A stretch of 7,488 nt of DNA from Octopus sinensis. Taxonomy: Eukaryota. The translations under genes and the position numbers were made by a program. Positions 1-6,430 of the stretch are shown here, piece after piece (within the stretch, counting starts at the first letter, position 1; every line of letters starts with the position of its first letter). The DNA lies in the NCBI RefSeq assembly GCF_006345805.1, contig NW_021828838.1, forward strand, positions 1 through 7,488, in the 5' to 3' direction. The notes under the pieces were generated by a model, which worked only from the letters and a program-made list of their open reading frames with translations, searched no databases and was not told the origin of the DNA.

Positions 1-130
1 ATCAACACATTATTATCGAGTTTGAAAACAGATCTAATGGATACAAATTAATTTATGAATTAAACAATATATTCACCAACAATTGTTCCATTTCACAAAC
101 AAAATAAAAATTTCGAAATATATATAAATA

Positions 131-326
131 GGCGCGGGAATGGCTGTGTGGTAAGTAGCTTGCTTACAACCACATGGTTCCGGGTTCAGTTCCACTGCGT
201 GGCACTTTGGGCAAGTGTCCTCTACTATAGACTCGGGCCAATCAAAGCCTTGTGAGTAGATTTGCTTGAGGGAAACTGAAAGAAGCCCGTCGTATATATG
301 TATATATATATATATATATTATATAT
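131..326 (+). mobile_element. tRNA-derived SINE, 5' half (head and body up to its internal (TA)n tract)
   Basis: GGCGCGGGAATGGCTGTGTGGTAAG...GGTTCAGTTCC head with Pol III A/B boxes, then a CORE-like segment (GGCACTTTGGGCAAGTG) and GAAACTGAAAGAAGCCCGTCG running into (TA)n. Recognised from memory as an Octopus-type SINE. Confidence 0.85.
141..193 (+). promoter_or_regulatory. Internal RNA Pol III promoter of the SINE (A box 141-151, B box 183-193)
   Basis: TGGCTGTGTGG approximates the A box (TRGCNNARYGG); GGTTCAGTTCC approximates the B box (GGTTCGANTCC); spacing is tRNA-like. Confidence 0.7.
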
Positions 327-702
327 TGGTCAATTTAGGGTAGCAAAAAATTCAATAGAAATTTATCGAAATTTATATTTACTGCTGATAAGTTTGGCGC
401 GAATACGGTCGTCTTGAAAATTTTAAGACAGATATTCCGGAGGCATCGATACAGACGCCTCGTGTATATTTGTCTCTCCCAGGTTTTTTACTGATGAAGT
501 GTGACCTATTGTAGATTAGCTTAATTTAATTTAATTAAGCTAATTAATCATTCATAACACAGAAACGATGCATCGTCTAAAAGTTGAATTAGGGTAAATG
601 TTTTTAAATTTTCACCTAATTTCTGAATTACTACTACTTGGCGGGTGATTATGGCTGCTCTTTCTGGTGGACGAATGCCCTGTTAAGGTCACTCCTAAAT
701 TG

Positions 703-704
<2 letters not shown>
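327..704 (+). mobile_element. ~375-bp non-coding insert in a (TA)n microsatellite, carrying a hammerhead ribozyme; putative Penelope-like pseudo-LTR / retrozyme-type non-autonomous element
   Basis: Unique sequence bounded by (TA)n on both sides and separating the two SINE halves. 9-bp inverted ends CAATTTAGG (331-339) / CCTAAATTG (694-702). Contains the hammerhead motif at 485-583. Confidence 0.65.
485..583 (+). ncRNA. Type I hammerhead ribozyme motif (predicted cleavage after GUC, C577)
   Basis: Stem I: TTTTA 486-490 / TAAAA 578-582 plus T485-G583. Core CTGATGA 491-497. Stem II: GTGT 499-502 / ACAC 557-560, capped by a perfect 12-bp hairpin (515-526 / 533-544). GAAA 562-565. Palindromic stem III ACGATGCATCGT 565-576. 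GTC 575-577. Only clear defect: A498/A561 apposed at the base of stem II. Confidence 0.7.
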
Positions 705-750
<46 letters not shown>

Positions 751-965
751 TTGTTTGTGTCTGTGTTTGTTTTCCCCCCAAATCGCTTGACAACCGATGC
801 TGGTGTGATTACGTCCCCATAACCTAGCGGTTCGGCAAAAGAAACCGATAAAATAAGTACTAGGCTTACAAAGAATAAGTCGTGGGGTCGTATTGCTTGA
901 CTAAAGGCGGTGCTTCGGCATGGCCGCAGTCAAATGACTGAAACAAGTAAAAGTGTAAAAGTGAG
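705..965 (+). mobile_element. tRNA-derived SINE, 3' half (resumes after the insert)
   Basis: (TA)n(TG)n, then TCGCTTGACAACCGATGCTGG...AATAAGTACTAGG...GGGGTCG...GCATGGCCGCAGTCAAATGACTGAAAC and a short-repeat tail (AAGTAAAAGTGTAAAAGTG). Shares GATAAAATAAGTAC / GGGGTCG motifs with the minus-strand SINEs. Possible weak TSD TATATAA (121-127 / 966-972). Confidence 0.8.
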
Positions 966-1066
966 TATATAATTTTGCATATTAAATACCTTGCACGCAA
1001 AATCATTAGGGTGTACAAAAGACAATAACGTTTTCATTAAGATACATTTAAAATACACGGAATATA

Positions 1067-1145
1067 TAAACTTTAAACTAAATCTATTTTTCCATGTAAG
1101 TGTGGATTTACTCCCTAATATTATTATTATATATATGTATATATA

Positions 1146-1189
<44 letters not shown>

Positions 1190-1320
1190 TATATACATGC
1201 GCACACGCACACACACATAAACTTTAATCCTAAATCTATTTTTCCATGTAAGTGTGGATTTACTCCCTAATATTATTATTATATATATGTATATATATGC
1301 ATATATATATATATTATATA

Positions 1321-1351
<31 letters not shown>

Positions 1352-1456
1352 CATGCGCAAACGCACACACACATAACTTTAATCCTAAATCTATTTTTCC
1401 ATGTAAGTGTGGATTTACTCTCCCTAATATATATTATATATATGTATATATAATGC

Positions 1457-1490
<34 letters not shown>

Positions 1491-1713
1491 ATATATATTC
1501 CTTTTCCTGAGCGCCTATTAATATAATACTGTAATTGTTCCATTGTTGTTGTTTTTTTGTTTCCCGTTTGGATTAAAATTATATATATATAATATATATA
1601 TATATATACATGCGCACACGCACACACACATAACTTTAATCCTAAATCTATTTTTCCATGTAAGTGTGGATTTACTCCCTAATATTATTATTATATATAT
1701 GTATATATATGCA
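1067..1713. repeat. Four tandem copies of a ~52-bp core plus (TA)n/(CA)n spacer (period ~150 bp; last copy offset by an extra ~80-bp unique segment)
   Basis: CTAAATCTATTTTTCCATGTAAGTGTGGATTTACTC (36 nt) is identical in the cores at 1068-1119, 1219-1271, 1375-1428 and 1632-1683. Spacers differ mainly in TA length. Confidence 0.9.
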
Positions 1714-1767
1714 TGTAGAGGTATAGTGAGAATCCCTTATTTACCTAAACTCTATTCCCCCCCTTTA

Positions 1768-1998
1768 TTATATATATATATATATATTTTTATTTATTTA
1801 TTTTTTATTTTTTTTTTTTATTTTTTATTTTTATTTTTATTTTTTTATTTTTTTATATATTTTTTATTTTCTATTTTTTATTTTTTATTTTTTATTTTTT
1901 ATTTTATATTTTTTATTTTTTATTTTTTTTTTTTATTTTTTATTTATTTTTTATTTTTTTATTTTTTATTTTTTATTTTTTATTTTTTATTTATTCTC
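1768..1998. repeat. (TA)n followed by a degenerate T-rich (T5-7A)n low-complexity tract
   Basis: Almost exclusively T and A, with runs of T punctuated by single A. Confidence 0.9.
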
Positions 1999-2264
1999 TA
2001 TCTATTTAACACTGACTCCTTGACCACTCCTCCCAAGTATGATTTTTTGCGCTATGCCTACCCCAAAAAAGTCCCCCACCCCCAACCCCTTTAAACCTGC
2101 CTAAATGTATAAATGCCAATACAATTCTTGTTAACTATCTCCTGAAGATTTCTCTTGAATGAAACAGTTCTAGTCCTGTAGAAGCTCCTTCTATATAATA
2201 AATTAATTTACTCTGCTATGTATTGAGTACCTTATTTACTGTGGTAACCCCTCAACCCGGGACC

Positions 2265-2267
<3 letters not shown>

Positions 2268-2307
<40 letters not shown>

Positions 2308-2314
2308 GCGCACA

Positions 2315-2362
<48 letters not shown>

Positions 2363-2366
2363 CATA
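2268..2366. repeat. Compound (TA)n-(CA)n-(TA)n microsatellite
   Basis: Direct reading; contains the same ATACATGCGCACACGC junction seen in the tandem block. Confidence 0.95.
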
Positions 2367-2371
2367 TGAAT

Positions 2372-3210
2372 CACTCACACATGGATGTCATACATGTCGA
2401 CTCTGGAAAGGCCTTTTATAAGGTTGATCACGGGACGATGTGTCGCAAACTCAGAGAGTGGTTGCTTGACTTCTTTAAAGACAGAAACGAGGCTGTAGCA
2501 GCGAACGGAACCCTCTCCAAGGAGATAGTAATAGAAAGTGGAGTGTCTTCGGGAACTGTTTGGGGTTGCTACTGTTTATGGTGGATCTTTTAGATATGCC
2601 ATCTGTTACACAGACAGCCACACTTACTAAGCTATGCCGACAACACAAAAGTAGTACAAGCGGTCAAGGATCCTTCTGATGTTAATCTCCTACAGAAAGA
2701 CCTAGATGCCATATATAAATGGGCTGAGGACAGCAACATGCAATTTAATGCAGGCAAATTCCAAACCCTCCACTACCAGTTAATTGGTACTCAGAAGTCT
2801 CAACAATGATACTTTGAACGAAAAGGAGCGGCAGTCGTAGAATCACATACGGTGCATGATCTTGGGATTGATATGAGCAACGATGGTGGCACTATGCTGG
2901 CGAATGGCTGGATGGATTCTGAAAACCTTCAGAACAAGAGACCAGGAAACTCTGCCATCTGGACTACTGTTGTCAACTGTGGTCACCTTACAGTGTCAGA
3001 TTAATAGCAGAACTTGAGGCGGTTCAGTGATGCTACACAAGGAAGATTACATCAGCTGAGCTACTGGGAGAGACTGAAATAGTTATGACTCTACTCCCAG
3101 AAGCGGAGAAGAGAGAGGTATGCAGTAATATATGTGTGGAAGATACTGGAGGGCTGGCACCAAACTTTGGAATTGAGAGTTATACCAGACCTCGAATTGG
3201 ACGTCACTGC
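2372..3210 (+). mobile_element. Decayed CR1-type non-LTR retrotransposon ORF2 fragment (RT domain and C-terminal region), 5'-truncated, with frameshifts, stops and deletions
   Basis: Pieced translation: DVIHVDSGKAFYKVDH (cf. YLDFxKAFDxVDH), IESGVSSGTVWG (cf. SGVPQGTVLG), YADNTKV at 2633-2653 (YADD motif), LQKDLDAIYKWAEDSNMQFNAGKFQ, VHDLGI, HLDYCCQLWSPY, LSYWERLK...LYSQKRRRERYAVIYVWKILEG. Confidence 0.92.
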
Positions 3211-3366
3211 ACTGTATGGAGTGCAATTCATTTGGGGAAAAGAATTACATAAGGGCAATATATAGGGAAAGGCATTGTTAGAGAGAAAGTCAATACAGAT
3301 GCATATAAAAAGTGTATAACCAAAAGGTAATTAGATCTAATCGAGAGAAAGAGAGAATTCTTTTAT

Positions 3367-3455
3367 AAGAATAGTATTGACAATGATTAAGCCATCATAC
3401 GCCCAATGATGGCTTATTTGGCCGAAACTTCAAAGTTACAGTCAATACTATTCTT
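3367..3455 (+). other. Nested hairpin with hammerhead-like 3' half (likely decayed type I hammerhead; CUGAUGA missing)
   Basis: Perfect 15-bp outer stem (3367-3381 / 3441-3455) and perfect 11-bp inner stem (3388-3398 / 3406-3416), followed by GGCC-GAAA (3420-3427) and a 4-bp stem III ending in GTT (3435-3437). Confidence 0.55.
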
Positions 3456-3521
3456 GTTGAGGAATAATAGATTTGTACTCTACAAAAGTATCGAGTAATC
3501 CTTCAGTTTAATGTAAAATTG

Positions 3522-3706
3522 GGATCTTTTCGGTTTGAACGGCAGTTTTTTCTAGCGGTGTCATATGAATTTGTCACCCATAATTATGACCCTACTATCG
3601 ATCTATTGCATTTCAATCTGTTTTAGGGTTAGGGTATACGAAGTTTAAAAGTGTTTAGTTATGTGGAAATTATTTTAAAAAACTGCCGTTCAAACCGAAA
3701 AGATCC
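3522..3706. mobile_element. 185-bp MITE: perfect 30-bp TIRs with GG...CC termini and 8-bp TSD (Merlin- or Mutator-like)
   Basis: GGATCTTTTCGGTTTGAACGGCAGTTTTTT (3522-3551) is the exact reverse complement of 3677-3706. TAAAATTG flanks both ends (3514-3521, 3707-3714). Confidence 0.95.
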
Positions 3707-3744
3707 TAAAATTGTTTTTATTATAATTTAACATAGAAAGAAAC

Positions 3745-3905
3745 GTGCGTGCAAGTGTGTGTATACAAATACACACACATACATTCATACATACGTGCGT
3801 ACATACGCACATACAGACAGACAGACAGATAGGCAGACAACTTGCTAGCTAGCAAGATTAATAGATAGATAAATTGACAGATAGATAGATAAATAGGTAC
3901 GTAGG
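3745..3905. repeat. Degenerate compound (CA)/(CATA)/(GACA)/(GATA) microsatellite
   Basis: Direct reading. Confidence 0.8.
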
Positions 3906-4118
3906 TACTTAACTAACCAGTCAGCTGACAAACCAAATGGATAGATATTCGTATAGATAAAAATTTGGACTTAACTGCACTTCATAGAACAATGAGTTTT
4001 TATTAGTCTCTTAACATCGACTTAGAGTGGAGATGAGGGTTTAGAATTTAGTATGATTTACACACCTTGTTTTCATTGTGGACACAGTAAGCTATTTGTT
4101 ACTGAAGTTATTTTTTAG

Positions 4119-4220
4119 GACTTAGCACCACCAAGCGGAGTAGGAGCATTTTATGCAGATAATATAGCGGAATCGTCTGTACACTTCAGACAAATTATTT
4201 ACACTCCTACATACAGTCAT
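4119..4220 (+). CDS. Candidate internal coding exon of an unidentified host gene (phase 0-0, 34 aa: DLAPPSGVGAFYADNIAESSVHFRQIIYTPTYSH)
   Basis: Acceptor TTATTTTTTAG|G with a branch-like ACTGA at 4101-4105; strong donor CAT|GTGAGT; 102 nt; only the phase-0 frame is open; non-repetitive sequence. No partner exon or protein family recognised. Confidence 0.5.
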
Positions 4221-4315
4221 GTGAGTATTTGCGTATTAGTTTGTGAGTGCATCAGAGTATGTATGAGTATGCGTGTGTGCTAGTATGCGCGTATATATGC
4301 TTAAGTACAAATAAG

Positions 4316-4380
4316 AGCAGCTGCAGTAGGCACTGCAGCAACTGCAGTAGGAACTACAACAACAACAACAACAACAACAC
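4316..4380. repeat. Degenerate CAG/CAA tract with (CAA)7; probable tail of the adjacent minus-strand SINE
   Basis: (CAA)7 at 4357-4377 abuts the SINE 3' end. Confidence 0.8.
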
Positions 4381-4509
4381 TCTTTTCTACTGTAGGCACA
4401 AAGTCTAAAATTTTGTAGCAAGGGGCTAGCCATTTACATCGATCCCAGTACGCAACTGGTACTTATTTCATCGACTGCGAAAGAATAAAAGACAAATTCG
4501 ACCTCTGCG

Positions 4510-4513
<4 letters not shown>
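4381..4513 (-). mobile_element. SINE fragment (central and 3' domains; tRNA head missing)
   Basis: Minus strand reads ATTCCGCAGAGGTCGAATTTGTCTTTTATTCTTTCGCAGTCGATGAAATAAGTACCAGT...TTGTGCC and aligns by eye with the copy at 5881-6075. Confidence 0.85.
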
Positions 4514-4557
<44 letters not shown>

Positions 4558-4562
4558 TGATG

Positions 4563-4613
<51 letters not shown>

Positions 4614-4647
4614 CTAATGATAATAATAATAATAATAATAATAATAA

Positions 4648-4679
<32 letters not shown>

Positions 4680-4698
4680 ATAAGATATAATAATAATA

Positions 4699-4739
<41 letters not shown>

Positions 4740-4756
4740 GTAATAATAATAATAAT
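4511..4756. repeat. Long interrupted (AAT)n microsatellite (~246 nt)
   Basis: Direct reading; occasional GAT/GCT/GGT variants. Confidence 0.97.
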
Positions 4757-4923
4757 AAGGTCATGCGCTGTTTATCTTGATATGAGATCACCATGTCACG
4801 CACGTATCGTTGTGATGCATGTGCCTGGTGTATCCTTATCAGACGGGGTAGTCATGATGGGTATACTGGGCTTCGTATCTTTTACCCCAGTGTCACTTTG
4901 ATGGTATGCACTACTCTCTCACT

Positions 4924-4924
<1 letters not shown>
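4757..4924. mobile_element. Truncated copy (168 bp) of an (AAT)n-associated interspersed repeat
   Basis: About 86% identical by hand alignment (about 22 substitutions, 2 indels) to 5357-5524; (AAT)n on both sides. Confidence 0.85.

Positions 4925-4927
<3 letters not shown>

Positions 4928-4972
<45 letters not shown>
4928..4972. repeat. (AAT)15 microsatellite
   Basis: Direct reading. Confidence 0.97.
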
Positions 4973-4973
<1 letters not shown>

Positions 4974-5524
4974 TGCCCTAATGCAGTACCAGGTAGAGGC
5001 TCTCATGGCTTTTGATCATAATTGATTGGAAGTGCCATCATGTAAATGTTTTGTCTCTGTATAAAAGACGGGTTACAGCAGATATTCTGCTCAATACCAC
5101 AAATTTGTCAGTTGCTTGACCTTAACCAGTTGAGCCTGTCCTTTAGTGGCTGACGATATGCGCATCTCTGATCACGAGCAGAAGTAGTGAGGGAGCATCA
5201 TAGCCATGTGTTGAGAGGAATTCTTCGGGGTTTGAATAATTCACCTCTGGAAACATGGGCGTTTTGTTCATCATCCTTAAACAAACCTTATTCAGGGACC
5301 TTTTGTGCGGCATGCACTACTCAATCTGAAGAAAATTGTAACTGGGCCCCATCTACAAGGTCATGCGCTGTTTGTCCTGGTATAAGATCACCATGTCGCT
5401 CACATATGGTTGTGATGTATGTGCCTGGTGTGCCCTTATCAGACGGGTAGTCATAGTAGGTATATTGGGCTTCGTATATTTGTACCCCAATGTTACTTAG
5501 ATGGGATGCATTGCTCTCTCACTC
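4973..5524. mobile_element. ~550-bp non-coding interspersed repeat beginning at an (AAT)n tract; possibly a non-autonomous relative of TAA-targeting R4/Dong-type non-LTR elements
   Basis: Right-hand 168 bp repeated at 4757-4924; left end abuts (AAT)15; no convincing ORF. Family assignment is inference from target preference only. Confidence 0.65.
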
Positions 5525-5673
5525 TAACCCTTAAGGGTTCACGAAAAGCATTGGGGAGAGTATCAGACAATGCAATGCGGAGTTATAAAAGAGGCATGTA
5601 AAAAGTAAAAACAAAACTAACAATATACAATTATAACCAAAATTCCCGAAAAGAGGGAGACTTCCTAGGGCTG

Positions 5674-5801
5674 TAATAACAATAACAGTAGCAGCAACTG
5701 TAGTAACAACAACAACAACAACGACGACGACTACAACAATAACAATTTCTTTTATTTGCCAACAGAGCGAAGGATGAGGGAGGACAATACAAAGACAGAC
5801 A
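5674..5801 (-). mobile_element. Short SINE 3'-end remnant (5746-5801) with (GTT/ATT)n tail (5674-5745)
   Basis: Minus strand GTCTGTCTTTGTATTGTCCTCCC...GGCAAATAAAAGAAA then a simple-repeat tail; resembles a remembered octopus SINE 3' end. Confidence 0.5.
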
Positions 5802-5880
5802 TAAAATGTCGGCCATTAGATAAAGGAACACTGCCTTATTAAAGGTAGGTGATGAGGCGATCCACACGGTGGATTCCATC

Positions 5881-6075
5881 GGTTTGAAATTTTGGCACAA
5901 GGCCAGCAATTTTTGGGGAGGGGTAAGTCGATTACATCAATTCCAGTACTCTACTGATACTTATTTTATTGACCCCAAAAACATGAAAGGCAAAGTTAAC
6001 CTCAGCGGAATATTTATTCAGAACGTGAAGACGGACGCAACACTGCCATGCATTTTGCTCGACGAGTACCTGACT
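5881..6075 (-). mobile_element. tRNA-derived SINE, near full length with eroded head
   Basis: Minus strand ...ATTCCGCTGAGGTTAACTTTGCCTTTCATGTTTTTGGGGTCAATAAAATAAGTATCAG...GATGTAATCGACTTACCCC...GGCCTTGTGCCAAAATTTCAAACC; homologous to 4381-4513. Confidence 0.85.
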
Positions 6076-6154
6076 GAAAAGAAAAAGGTCATTCTAGTGA
6101 ATATATAATGACATGTCCACGAGCCTTGTATCGGGAAATCATTCATGAGGACAG

Positions 6155-6430
6155 GCACTACAAGACAACTATGTGTGTCGGTACGATAATGATTGGTACT
6201 TCGGAGTGGCAATTATGTTTCAGCTGAACACTCTGATATTAGTGTAAAGTTCTTTCGTCCTAAAGGCTCCGCCAGTCAATTTTTCTGGCTAAAAAAATAT
6301 TTGTTGGATTTCAGTAAAAGACATAATTGTAAACGTCGATCCTTCTTTTGGAAACATTACTAATCGGTTCAATAATATTTCATGCAATGATATTAAACAT
6401 TTACAAAGTTTGATATACGTATTAACCTAG
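6155..6430 (+). pseudogene. Frameshifted C-terminal remnant of a putative DNA-transposon transposase
   Basis: Joining three frames gives YVCRYDNDWYFGVA / NYVSAEHSDISVKFFRPKGSASQFFWLKK / ICWISVKDIIVNVDP. This matches a YDxxWxxG...VxFxxPxG...FxW...CW pattern recalled from invertebrate transposase-like proteins. Superfamily not assigned. Confidence 0.6.

Noticed and set aside
385-413. Second hammerhead-like string CTGATAAG...CGAATACGGTCGTC in the insert
   Set aside because: Two core defects (G8 to A, extra T in GAAA) and no stem I; at best a remnant.
131-583. SINE Pol III promoter driving transcription of the ribozyme
   Set aside because: A T6 run at 484-489, and T4 at 421-424, should terminate Pol III before the catalytic core.
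1067-1713. CRISPR-like repeat-spacer array
   Set aside because: Spacers are near-identical microsatellites rather than unique sequences; eukaryotic context and no cas genes.
930-2094. ORFs 930-1214, 991-1227, 1127-1372, 1252-1521 and 1543-2094
   Set aside because: YI/HT/F-rich translations of microsatellites and the T-rich tract; no protein signal.
2306-2593. 95-aa ORF as a gene
   Set aside because: Microsatellite start fused to one frame of the decayed CR1 RT.
3841-3856. 16-bp palindrome CTTGCTAGCTAGCAAG (also GGGATCATGATCCC at 7156-7169)
   Set aside because: Isolated; the first sits in a tetranucleotide-repeat region; no supporting structure.
4026-4086. Possible upstream or mutually exclusive exon (SGDEGLEFSMIYTPCFHCGH, sharing IYTP with the 4119 exon)
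   Set aside because: Weak acceptor, only 32 nt to the next acceptor, and its end phase (1) does not match the other exon (0).
4236-4981. Poly-C, poly-L and poly-N ORFs (4236-4433, 4468-4803, 4793-4981)
   Set aside because: Translations of CAA and AAT arrays.
5150-5340. CTGACGA (5150) and CTGAAGA (5326) as hammerhead cores; HDV-like fold at the element end
   Set aside because: No properly placed GAAA or stems, and no room for the HDV P3/P1/P4 elements.
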